Source: Octopus vulgaris
Lineage: Eukaryota
Length of the DNA: 64,000 nucleotides
Assembly (NCBI GenBank): GCA_951406725.2
Contig: OX597819.1
Coordinates: 135,098,001-135,162,000 of the forward strand
Direction of reading: 5' to 3'
Shown here: positions 52,279 to 64,000 of the stretch, one piece after another
How the letters are laid out: every line of letters begins with the position of its first letter
How positions within the stretch are numbered: the stretch's first letter is position 1
Notes under the pieces: generated by a model
The model's database searches: none
What the model was told of the DNA's origin: nothing
The model's input: only the letters and a program-made list of their open reading frames with translations
Position numbers and translations under genes: made by a program

Positions 52279-54330
52279 TCATCATCATCATCGTTTAACA
52301 TCTGCTTTCCATGTTGGCATGGGTTGGACAGTTTGACATGGAGCTGGCTAGCAAAGCTGTCCAGACTCTGATTATCTGTTGGGGCACGGTTTCTACAGCT
52401 GAATGCCCTTCCTAATGCCAACCACTTAACAGAGTGTGCTGGGTGCTTCTTACATACCACTGACACAGGTGTCCTTATGCAGCACTGGTACAAGTGCATT
52501 AATGCAACATTGGCATTTGAAAGAATGAGCCTGTATGTGCAGAAGACAGCAATTTTACTTAGCTTAACATATCTAGTACAGTGAATCATTACATCTCCAG
52601 GTCCCTTGTCATTTCCTCAGTGAGGCCCAGAATCTTAAGATCCTTTCTCGCCACTTTGTCCTATGTCTTCCTGGATTTTCCACAAGTACCCTCCACAATT
52701 AGAGCTCAGCACTTCTTTACTCAGCTGTCTTCGCCTATATGTATCATATGACCAAACCAGCAGTCTTCTTTCTTGCATACTATATCTGATGCCTCATATA
52801 CCCAGTTTTCCTCTTAAATCATTTACACTGTTGTGTCAACACAATAATATTATCCATCCAGTGGAGCGTCACAAGACCTCTGTAGTCAAAGCCCATGTTT
52901 CACTGCCATGTAACATAGTTGTACATACACAGACATCATACAATCTGCCTTACATTCTGAGGGAGAGGCCCTTAGTTACACAACAAAGGTAGACACTCTC
53001 TGAACTTTTCCCAGCCTGTTCTTATCCTAGCAACTACACTTTCAGAACTTCCTCCATCACTAACTTGGTCTTCTAGATAACAGAAGCTATCAGCTACTTC
53101 TAACGATCCCCCTCAACATTTGGGGAAGCCTATTGTCTGCACATACAGAGGGCATTGCCAGTGCTGCCTGACTGGCTCTCCATGCCAGTGGCATGTAAAA
53201 AGCACCATCTGAACGTGGCCGATGCCAGTACCGCCTGATTGGCTCCCGTGCCGATGGCACATAAAAAGCACCCACTACGCTCTTGGAGTGGTTGGCGTTA
53301 GGAAGGGTATCCAGCTGTAGAAACACTGCCATATCAGATTGAGCCTGGTGTGGCCTCCTGGCTTACCAGTCCCCAGTCAAACCATGCAACCCATGCCAGC
53401 ATGGAAAATGGACGTTAAATGAAGATTTTTAATGCTTATTGTACCAGCAATTTGCCACACACATTCTCCGTTAACCTTCCTTTGATACTGCTACACCTCT
53501 TATGTGTCCAAAGCTTGCACTGGGTACAACATATGGATTTTCTACCAACACACTTCTTACATACTGACCAGGGCCATTTCCCAGAAGGGACTTGTGATTT
53601 GTTTATTTTCCTACTTACTAGGACTTTGGTTTTTGCGAGGCTTTGTTTCCACACCTGAAATTCCTTCTCCAGGTCATCAGCACAGAGGAGCTCCCAGGGA
53701 CAGCTGGTCTTGAATTCCTCTGTTAAGACCTGGTGGACAAGAGGGAGTTGAGAACTGAGCCTTGGTGAACTCCTACCTGTACACTGAATTCATTGCTATA
53801 CTCAGAAATTGCCAACCTTAACCTTACTGGTAGCAGCATCTCTATACATGGCTTGTGCTAGTCTCACTAACCACTCATCTATCCTTAGCTTCTGCATTGA
53901 CCAGCAGATAAGGGAGCAAGGGACTCTGTCAAAGACTTTCTCCATGTCAACAGAAGCCAAGTACAGAGGTTTATTTTTGGCTAAATACTTTTCCTGCAGT
54001 TGCCTAACCAGGAGTATAGCATGAGTCATGCTCCTGTCTGGCACAGAACCAAACTGCATCTCATCTACACTAATTCTGTCCCTAATTAATTGAACAATGA
54101 CCCTTTCTGTGACTTCCATCACCTGATCAAGCAATTTGATGCCTCTGCAATTAGTTCTGTCTAAGGCATCACCTTTACCTTTGTAGCAGTTGACTATACT
54201 GTTGCTATACCAATGGTTGGGTATGACTCCCTCATGGACAACATGATTTACTATAAGGGTAATAAAGCCACATCCTACTTTGCCAGATATTTTAAGCATC
54301 ACAGCAGTGATTCCAGGTGGGCTGGAGGCT
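52279..54330 (-). mobile_element. RTE copy with a nested opposite-strand RTE 3' fragment (about 53150-53422)
   Basis: ORF 53802-54353 has YKGKGDALDR and VDMEKVFDRVP. CTQCKLWTHKRC downstream. Confidence 0.85.
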
Positions 54331-54541
54331 TTCCTACACACATAAATACACACACAAGCAACAGGCTTTCAAACAGTTCTGTATACTAAGTTCCATGTGC
54401 AATAGAAACACCTAAAATCACGTAGCTTATGATTTGTTTTTCCATTTGTTTACAAATATATGAACTTCAATTTGCAAAGCAAACTTCTTAACAAAGTGGA
54501 TATCTGGCACCATTTCATACAGTAGCAAATACAATACTTTC

Positions 54542-54632
54542 CTGAATTCGACTGGTAAATTTGTAAAGATGGTCGTTCAGCTTTCTTAAGTTTAAGTTTA
54601 ATTTTGGTCGTCTCCTTTGCTTTTTTGGGTTC
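54542..54632 (-). CDS. VPS72: VPS72 exon (donor ambiguous, apparently non-canonical GA)
   Basis: ttttcttag|, then EPKKAKETTKIKLKLKKAERPSLQIYQSNS. Starts with the EP that follows KAYK in VPS72. The in-frame join needs the donor CAG|GAAAGT, or a 4-nt shift of both splice sites. Confidence 0.75.
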
Positions 54633-55045
54633 CTAAGAAAACAAGAAAATGAAGAATATAAATCTTCTGGTGTTACATTTTAACAAATGATTAAAAGATT
54701 GTTCAATTTCCCAATCACCATCATTTAGTGTCCACATTTCATGCTGGTACGAAATAAACAGTTGACCAAAGGGTCCAAGGACTGTATCATGCCCCATCAT
54801 CTACTTTGGCATTGTTTCCTAAGGTCAACCGCTTTAAAGTGTATTTTTCATGCCATCAGCACTTGTGAGATTGCAGCTTACAAGGTTTTCAACTGCAAGA
54901 CAAGTATCTTTATGCTAAGAGGCAACGGATTCAAGTAAGAAAGCCAGAGTGGAAGAGATGTCTTACTGCTGAGGGGCTGCATGGCTACTCCCATTTTAGA
55001 AGAAAGGATTGGGGTGGAGCTAGGATGAGATAAGAATAGGGGTGA

Positions 55046-55076
<31 letters not shown>

Positions 55077-57372
55077 AACCATCAAGGTATGAAGTAAGTA
55101 GAAGTTGCAAAAGTATATGGGAAAGTGAGGGATGGAGAATGGGTAAGAGGGTGAAAAACAAGTACTTAGTAGAAGTAGGGAAAATGAAGGTGAGAACAGA
55201 AGAGATTGGATAAGGGGTGAGGCTGGTGGATAAGGGGTGAGTGAGACTTTTGATGATGGGGGTGAAAAGTACTTGAGCAGCAATAGTAAAGATACAGTAG
55301 ACATGCGAAGTGAGAGATGGTGAAAGAACTTAGAAGGGTCAACGTTAAATATAGGTGGAATGGACATCAAGTGAAATGGTTCCAGTTAGTAAGAAAAATT
55401 AGTGGCATCATGGGAAAGCAGCAGTTAGAGAGATGAAAGGTGGTGGGAGTGTATTTGGAAGGCAAAGAGTCCAGTTGTGCATATGTGGATATTTGAGTCC
55501 AGTGGGTTTCAGAAAAACTAAGTTCTGGAAGGCACCTCTCTCTCTCTTTGTGTTTCACAAAGATAGCATTTTACAGAGTTAATAAACAAAACATAGCACC
55601 ACATCTGAACAAGTCAAGTAAGAAATGAAAAGAACAAAGGCCAACCACAGTTCAAAGCCATAATGTTGTACAGAAAAAAACCTAACATTGTACAACACAC
55701 TTTGAATATATTTAACTCCTTAACAGACTTGAGAAAAGATGAAGACAAAACATTATAAAAAATATGCGAAAGACATTTAAACATATGCTGAAATACTGCA
55801 TTAGCCAAATAATGTCCAGTACTTGGTTTAAAAAGCACCTGGGTACCTTTAGCAGAGGATGTGTCATTGCAAGCATAAGAGCAAGGAGTGTAGGTGTGAG
55901 GATAACTTCATGCCACCAGTCTCAGAAGCCCTCTAAACCAGATAAAAAAAAACACTGAAAGAAAGTTAATTGATGTCCAAGAAAATGATAATCATCATCA
56001 TCATCATCATCGTTTAGCGTCCGCTTTCCATGTATGATGACTAAAAGGAAGTGTAATGTTAAAGTATATTGTTGTTGTCATCATCATTATTATTTTCTGT
56101 TCGTATTTCTGTTGGTCAGATGTCAGAGGTCAGAGGACTGCATTGAACTCCAGTGTTTCTGCTCCAACATAGTTTCTATGGCTGGATGCTCTTCCTAATA
56201 CCAACCACTTTACAATGTCCTCAATGCTTTTCTTGTGTCACCTGCACTAGTGAGGTCACCAAGTGGTTTGTAAAATAAGACTTCTTGATTGAATTGGCTT
56301 ACATCAGGTGTTGAGAGGTTTAGAAAGTGGCTTGCTGTAGACAAGAACCATGGCCACCCCAGCAGGAAAAGGAGAGAAGAAAGTGCCAGGATGTACTCAC
56401 ATGGTACAAAAAGGTGAAGGGGATGGGGACACATGAAAAGAGTGACGACAAAAATAATAACCATAAGTTGAAATATGAAATAATGTTTAGCTCTAGATCA
56501 GAACCAACTCAGAAAACTTCTGATCAAAGACAAAACATGACTATCTTGTGTTCTTAAGAGTATTAAAAAAACCCACTATATAATTAATGATTAATTGGCA
56601 ATTTGCTGTAATCGAGAAGACGTGTCCATCACAGCAAATCTGATTTCCTAAAACCACCTGGAATGCTTGTCCATGCAGAGCCCTGCCCCTGCCTCGCTTT
56701 TCCCCCAATTCTCATACCCAATCTGAGTTCCTAATCATACGCTTTAATCAACTGAGAGCAAACTCAGCACATACATCCACCTCCCCTTTTTGGTGGTTAT
56801 GAACTCCTGCAGGGAACCCTTTCCAGTCCCTATTATCATCTTTGCCTACACTATTTCTACCAATCACCTCTTTGCTATGCTTTCAGCCACTGCCCTCTCT
56901 CTCCCCTTTACGATACTCCATCTGCTCTTATACCTCTCTTATCTGCTATCACTCTCAGTGCTTTCTCATACCTATCATCACAACCCCTAATGTATCTCTA
57001 TATCTCCCACTCTCCAAAGCTCTAACACACCTTGCACACCAACCCACTACTTTCTGTTCTATTCCTCTTTCTCTCATCTTACCCCTCTCCATATTGGTAT
57101 TTGCTTCCAACTGCACCTCCACACTTGTTCATCACTTACTGTATTTGCTTCTACTCCACCCCATCTTTAACTATGTTACTCTCCTTCACTCTCTTATGAA
57201 AGTACTCACTCTCAACCCTTCCCATGATCCATTGTCTCACCCTCTTCTACCTTGAGAGTACCCCATCACTACTTTCCTTTTATCTCCTTCACCAACACAC
57301 CAGCACTTACTTTCATGCTTTAACCTTTCAATACCATTAGCGGGTGGCTTTGCATGTAGAAAAAAGTAAAAA

Positions 57373-57870
57373 GAAAACTCAAATCTAAGCATGCTATGGT
57401 AGAGGGCTGAGAGAAATAAAGATCTGCTGTGATGCAGAGCATTTCTAGTTGTTATGGAAAATACATGTTAAAATAGAGATGATAATGAGGATGGCCATTA
57501 TTGTCATGACGATCACCAGCCATAGATATTATTATTAGGGATCGGTGGTGCTCCTAATTCTGTTAAATATTTCTGTAAGTTTTTGTGTGAATCTTTCTTA
57601 CCTTGTAAGCTTTGGTGTTAATTCCTCAATGAAAACTCAATGCTATGGTAGAGGGCTGAGAGAAATAAAGATCTGCTGTGATGCAGAGCATTTCTAGTTG
57701 TTATGGAAAATACATGTTAAAATAGAGATGATAATGAGGATGGCCATTATTGATCATGACGATCACCAGCCATAGATATTATTATTAGGGATCGGTGGTG
57801 CTCCTAATTCTGTTAAATATTTCTGTAAGTTTTTGTGTGAATCTTTCTTACCTTGTAAGCTTTAGTATTA
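57373..57870. repeat. Near-identical tandem duplication, 250-bp period
   Basis: 57392-57613 repeats at 57641-57863 and includes a splice donor. Confidence 0.92.
57602..57624 (-). CDS. VPS72: VPS72 exon 3' end or micro-exon candidate, copy 1 (GINTKAYK)
   Basis: gga att aac acc aaa gct tac aag|gtaaga. Conserved TKAYK with a strong phase-0 donor. 5' boundary uncertain. Confidence 0.55.
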
Positions 57871-57880
57871 GACAGGGGTA
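57852..57880 (-). CDS. VPS72: VPS72 exon 3' end or micro-exon candidate, copy 2 (PLSNTKAYK)
   Basis: Pyrimidine tract then tag|ta ccc ctg tct aat act aaa gct tac aag|gtaaga. Part of a 250-bp tandem duplication. Confidence 0.35.
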
Positions 57881-58554
57881 CTACTTAATGAAGAGAATGA
57901 TATGGTAATGAGAGGAAGGTAAATGACCAAATTGGGAGTGCATAGGTAGAGCTGTTATGGGGAAAATCAGCTCTGAGAAACAGAGGCCTAGTGTAGAGGT
58001 GGTCCAAAAAGCAAACAGAGGAGACAGCATGTCTGTGGATTAGAGATTGGAATGTATTGGTGACTTCATGTCAATCAATCACATGGTTTCTCTTTGGATG
58101 CATTTTAGGGTGCCTGTATTTTAAACAATAGTACCATCCCAGACACGCTATATTCCATTGTTTATCACATTTGAGGGCTAGTGTTTTTTGGTGGAGAGAG
58201 GGGTTCTGAAGTATTTTCTAGGACAGAAGAAAAATACCATTCTTTGAAGTACAGTTTTCCTAGTTTAAGATGTGTGTTCACCACAAAACATCTTCAATGT
58301 CTTGGTTGCAAAAGGTTAGGAAGAAATGAAGGATTGTATTACCTATAGAGTAGCAGGTTTATTGAGGCATAGAATGAAGAGTGTGAATGACAAAATTGAG
58401 AGAAATAGTGCACTCATAAATAATAGCACTGATTATATATTGGTGACATTAATTAGAACCTTTATAAAAAAAACAAATTATTCCTTTAATACTATTTATT
58501 TAGGCTCTTTAGTACACCTCCATTCAAAGTAAAAGTATGCAATCCTGAAAAGTG

Positions 58555-59046
58555 AGATCACAGCTGTAGCCAACATTCTGTGCATGAGGAGACTTATTGA
58601 GTCAAGGCAAATCACAACCAAATGGAAATTGTAGTTGTGGCCGTTACCAGTGGTGGTGGCATGCGATAAGCACCATTCATTCATGCGTGGGTCACTGCCA
58701 GAGCTGCCTGACTGGCTCCCTGTGCTGATAGCATGTAAAAAGCACCTTCTAAGCGTGGTTGATGCCAGCCCCAATGCCCTGACTGGCTCCTATGCTGGTG
58801 GCACATAAAAAGCACCATCTGAACGTGACTGATGCCAGTGCCACATGATTGGCTCCCGTGCTGGTGGCACGTAAAAAGCAACCACTACACTCTCAGAGTG
58901 GTTTGCATTAGAAAGAGCATCCAGCTGTAGAAACATTGCCATATCAGACTGGAGCCTAGTGTGGCCTCCTAGCTTGCCAGTCTCCAGTCAAACATTCCAA
59001 CCCATGCCAGCATGAAAACAGACATTAAACGATGATGATGATGATG
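58555..59046 (+). mobile_element. RTE 3' UTR copy with internal repeats
   Basis: Repeated gtaaaaagcacc units and a (GAT)n tail. Confidence 0.8.
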
Positions 59047-59105
59047 ACATATATATGTATGTATATGTGTATATATATATATATGTATGTATGTGTGTGT
59101 GTGTG

Positions 59106-59139
<34 letters not shown>

Positions 59140-59730
59140 CAGGGTGTCCCAAAAGTCATTGATGAGTTTCAATTTTTAATGACTTCCTAAACTTTACAAA
59201 TAAATGCATGAAATTTTGATACAAATAAAGGACATAATGGGAAATTAATCATATGCACAAGTCAAATTTTGCAACACCACTACATCACATAAGAAAAATG
59301 ATATCGCTTAAATGGCAGCCATTTTCAGCTTCGCATGCCCATGCTCTTCCCAAAACTTGCACCATAACACCTCAAGAGTTTCAGACCCCACTTTTCTGAT
59401 TTCTCTATTGATGTTCTCCTTCAGTTGCACCAGGGTCTCTGGTTTGTTGATGTAAATCCTCTCTTTCAGGTATACCCACAAGAAAAAATCTGGGCTAGTC
59501 AAGTGTGGTGAATGTGAAGGCCAGTGGAAGATTATTCTCTCTAAAGTGCTGCCGTAGCAACTGCATTATTTCTCTTGCATTATAAGCAGTTGCCCCATCT
59601 AACTGGAACCATGTATGAAGTCTACTTTGAATGACCTTCATGACATAGGCGATGTCATTTTTCATATGATGTAGTGATGTTGCAAAAAATTTGACTTGTG
59701 CATATTAATTTCCATTATGTTCTTTATATT
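59140..59730 (-). mobile_element. Tc1/mariner remnant with long inverted repeats
   Basis: TA|CAGGGTGTCCC terminus. WPSHSPHLTSPDFFLWVYLKERIY on -. About 59230-59308 mirrors 59648-59723. Confidence 0.8.
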
Positions 59731-60106
59731 TCCATTATGTTTTTACATATAAAAATTTACTAGGTACTGGAAATGTGTAACAAACCAAACTAACTAAAAT
59801 AAGACAGGGTGGTAAAAAGTTTGGGAAATTACCACCTCTGTTAAAAACAAAGGGTTTCTTTCATTGTGCAAAAAACATTGTACAACTTGCTTAAGAAGTG
59901 CTATGTCACACAGTAGTAAGACATAAAGATTGTAAGCTTTGTGTAGGCTGGAGAAAATAAAGTGAGCATGATTTGAAGATTGTGTTATATTTCAAGTGTG
60001 ATTTATGATAAGGAATATGGCAACTAATAACTAATCCAACCTATGCCGAACCATTGCTAAGTGTTCAGGACATAGGTAGGCATATATATATATATCATAT
60101 GAACTT

Positions 60107-60588
60107 AATAATAATAATAATAATAATGAAATTATTGTATACAGTGCTCAGGTGCACCACAACTTTTCAGAAAGTGCGCATAAAGTGTATGCAGTAACGT
60201 ACAAATGTCTGGAAAGCAAACAATGCATGAGTCAGATACATGCTTGTGTGTGTATGGAGGGGAGGAAATCAGGTGTAGTGTTGGCGAATCTCAGAAAGCA
60301 TGGAAGTTTTGAAGGATGCAGTGCTCCGACAACTAACAACTGATGCCGGCAGTTTGTTCCGTGCTTCAGCAACTCTCAGCGTGAAAAAATGTTTCCTAAA
60401 GTCATGGGAGCTGTGCTGTTTTCTGACTTTGTAAATATGTCCACGGGTGTTAGACAGGTGGAGTTTGAAAAGGTGCTCAGAGTTATTGTTTGTAAGATGT
60501 TTGATAATTTTATGGGTGTCTGCCAAGTCAGCTGCCAGATGTCGGAGTTTCCAGGGAAGTAAGGCGTTCAGAATATGGCAAATGCCTG
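60107..60588 (-). mobile_element. CR1 3' end (same family as 3127-4700)
   Basis: NTRGHIYK...RKHFFTLRV and an (ATT)n tail. Confidence 0.85.
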
Positions 60589-60699
60589 TTATTTTAACTT
60601 GTTTTCCGTATGGAATAATCAGCTAGATACTTTTACTAGTGTTACGTGATTCATGCTGAGATTTTTTATTAAAAAAAACCTAATCTTATTTTTAAAGAA

Positions 60700-61745
60700 G
60701 TGTAAAAAGAATGGAGGAGTATAGTTACTTCCCTTTGTTTTTAAAATTATGAAGGTAAGGATTAGGGATATTCTGATGAAATGGGATATTTGAATTATTG
60801 ACTCTGGGAGGAACAATGGGAGTATTGTTGTTAAGTATTATTACTATTGTTATTAGTATAATTATTGTTATTATTACTACTATAATTATTATCAATAGCG
60901 TTATTGCATTAAACCAAATGATTAGAGGAAGAGATAGGGGCAAGGTTGTTATATAGTATTTAATGTGTTCCTTATATTCTGCTTTATATAAAGCTGAATT
61001 ATAGAAATCAGTGTTATTATTGAAAACGGTTTTGTTGGCAGATGATTTAGATATTCTAAGTGAGATGTTTTTAACCAATTTTTTTTTGTTATATTGGTAG
61101 GGTGGTTACTAAAAATGCTGATGTATTTCAGGTTTGTTGAAAGATTATGGTAGGGAAAACACAAGGCTGCATTTAAGTTTAGAGTAAGATTGAGGAAGTT
61201 AACCTAAGTTCTATCATCATCAAAGGTAATACTTAGGCCCTTATTACTAAAGAATTTGACTAGATTGCATTTAACCTTTTGTAGTTTTTGATTAGAGGTA
61301 TTTTTGTAGGTAAAGGAGGCAGTTATCACAATATAAACCACTGAGTATATATGGGAATTGGTCTGCCAATTCTGATTGGCTATAAATACCAACCAAATCA
61401 GAAAATTGGGCTAAAACGCTACTTCTCATAGGGATATCAAAGCATTCAGGTCAATCCTTACGAATGCAAAGTTTGTTATCAAATTGGATGATAGATGTTC
61501 TAGCTGCTAGGGCAACATTAATTTCATCCCTGGTTAGGCTGGCTTTATTATGTGAGAACCATAGGGCTTTATTAAGGAAGATGGGATTGATAGAGGAATA
61601 ATAGCTACAGATATCAAAATGGATAAATTTAGCGTTCAGTTTATTATCGATAGAATTGAACCAGTCTACAACCAGGAAAGAATTAGACCATAAATTAAGT
61701 ATCTTTGTGCAATGTTGACGGATGTGATTCAGAGGGTTTGGCAAA
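60700..61745 (-). mobile_element. Penelope-like RT remnant (possibly Naiad-type)
   Basis: VVDWFNSIDNK..KFIHFDICSYYSSI, SNHP, RISKSS...Y.SAL and IIWFN. Confidence 0.7.
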
Positions 61746-61749
61746 GTGA

Positions 61750-63365
61750 AGAGGTTCTTCCAGATTGGCATGATACAACTATGGAGATACTATATAAATC
61801 TAAAGGTGGAAATGATGTCTTATAATTATCGCAGCATCTGTCTGTTAGCTGTTGCCGGAAAGGTCCTCTGTAGGGTAATGTTGGATAGACTGCTTCAGCA
61901 CATTGCTGATGAAGTTCTACCAGAATCGCAATGTGGGTTTAGAGATAGTAGGAGTACCATGGATATATTTTCAGCTAGACAGTTGCAAGTGCATTGAACA
62001 GGATGTGGACCCTTACACCAGGTTTCCATTGACCTAACAAATGCTTTTGATTCTATCAACAGAATTGCACTTTGGGAGATACTAAAAAAGCTAGGATACC
62101 CTGAAAAATGTGTGAGAATGCTTAGACAATTTCAAGACAAGATGGAAGAGTTAGTGTTGAAGGTACCTTATCAGATCCAATTTCTATAGAAAATGGTGTA
62201 AAGCAAGGTGATATTCCTGCTCCAACACTGTTTGCTATATATTTCGCAATAGTCTTTCAAAAAGCTTTTAAAGATCGCCTTGAAGGGGGTCTATATAAGA
62301 TATAGGACAACAGGAAAACTGTTCAATCTCAAAAGACTCTGTGCCAAAACGAAAGTTCTGCATTCTCACCTTGTTGCGTTTCTGTATGCAGACGACTGTG
62401 ACCTGTTGGCACATTCTCAGACAGAAATGCAGCACATGGTGAATGCCATTTCTGAAGCATGTGCAGCATTGGGTCTAACAATCAATCTAAAAAGAACTGT
62501 TATAATGTACAAATGTACAGTCTGCTCCCTCCAAGATGTATGTGGAACCTTTTATAACTGTGAATGGTCAAAGGTTAGAGACTGTACCTAGATTTATTTA
62601 TTTAGGAAGTACCTTGAGCACTGCTGGTCTTAATGATGAAACTTCATACAGAATCAGCAAGGCTAGTAGTGATTTTGGCAGGCTTGATGGGCGTCTGTGG
62701 AAACATAATATATCTTCATAAATTAAAGTTAAGGTATATAACACATGCGTCCTCCCATCTTCGCTATATAGAAGTGAGGCATGGGTTGTTTACCGTAGGC
62801 ACGTAAGGCAATTGGAAGATTTCATCAATACTGTCTGACAAAAATTTTGGGATAAACTGGAAAATGGCCATTAGTAATGTGGAGGTGCTTGAGAGGAGTG
62901 GCAGTAGAAGTATAGAGTCAATGATTTTGCAAAGACGTTTGAGGTGGTGGGGTGGGGACATTTGCTAAGGATGAGTCACAAGCAGCTATTTTATGGTGAG
63001 CTGGATGATGGCAGGAGACCAGCACATAAGCCTAAACTAAGGTTTAAGGATTGCCTTTAAAATGCTTTAATACAGACAGGAATTACAGCTGGTAATTGGG
63101 AGAGGGAGGCACAAGACTGTGATGGATGGAGGAAGATAGTGCATGATGGTTGTTCAAGGTTTGGGAGGGAGAGAGTGAAGTATGAGAGAATTCGGAGGGG
63201 GCTTAGAAGTGGGGAACCTGTGGAAAGTGAGAGTGTTACTTTTAATGTGGTTTGTAGGTGGAGGTGTTTGAGCCGTGCAGGCCAGGTGGGCCATCAAAAT
63301 TCTCAAAGAAATCAACTGATGATAAACAATGATGTGGCTATTAAAATTCACAACAGAACATGTGT
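61750..63365 (+). mobile_element. RTE/BovB-like LINE RT, degenerate
   Basis: NYRSICLLAVAGK, LPESQCGFR, GVKQGD, IRYRTTGKLFNL and LYADDC. Confidence 0.88.
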
Positions 63366-64000
63366 AAAATGACAAGGTCAACCATGGAATGATATGCCAC
63401 AAAATATGGAGACTGGGCATCGCAGGTAAAGTTGGAGAGTGGCTGCATGATTTCCTAAAGGACAGGAGCCAACAGAGCTCTCTCCACAGGGATACCAATA
63501 ATGAGTGGAGTGCCCCAGGGCACTGTGCTGGGGCCACTACTTTTCATAGTAGCCCTATCGGATCTGCCATCAGTGACAGGGGCAGTCATGCTTACCAGCT
63601 GTGCCGACAACACAAAAGTCACAGTCAGTCAAGGAAACCTCTGATGCTACGCTCTTACAGAAAGATCTAGATGCCATCTATACATGGGCTGAGGATAACA
63701 ACATGCAATTTAATGCAAGTAAATTCCAGGCCCTCCGCTACCAGTTAAGCAATGCTCAGGAATCACGACATCAGTACGTTGGAGCAACAATCCCAGAATC
63801 AAATACGGTGTGTGATCTTGGAATAGAAATGAGCAACAATGCCTCATTTCACACACATATCAACAAAATGGTAGCAGTATCCAGAAGACTGGCCGGCTGG
63901 ATTCTGAGAACCTTCTGGACAAGGGACCAACTATGATGACACTATGAGTCATTTATCCTCCAGCCGACTGGACTACTGCTCTCAGCTATGGTCACCTTAT
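63366..64000 (+). mobile_element. CR1-group LINE RT fragment
   Basis: GVPQGTVLGPLLF, LQKDLDAIYTWAEDNNMQFN and GWILRTF. Confidence 0.85.

Overview
AT-rich, repeat-dense eukaryotic genomic DNA, most likely from an octopus or related cephalopod (inferred from the repeat families, not verified). It holds two convergent intron-rich genes. The 3' part of MNS1 (meiosis-specific nuclear structural protein 1) lies on + with 7 phase-consistent GT-AG exons, 4881-38814. The 3' part of VPS72/YL1 lies on - with exons at 47489-54632 plus a duplicated TKAYK exon end near 57.6-57.9 kb. The rest is mostly decayed mobile DNA: RTE and CR1 LINEs, an RT-less HERO-like element, Penelope-like elements, tRNA-derived SINEs, non-autonomous Helitrons, Chapaev3-like, piggyBac and Tc1/mariner derivatives, and microsatellites. 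I cannot demonstrate a new biological system from sequence alone. The best leads are: (1) a probable GA-AG intron in VPS72; (2) tandemly duplicated, phase-compatible TKAYK micro-exon candidates in VPS72; (3) an RT-deleted HERO-like element bracketed by a 73-bp direct repeat inside a Tc1 MITE; (4) an RT-less, ORF-bearing polyadenylated retroposon, part of which also sits inverted inside a neighbouring RTE; (5) palindromes with hammerhead-like remnants. Protein comparisons are from memory of the families, with no alignment run. Repeat boundaries are approximate unless termini are quoted.
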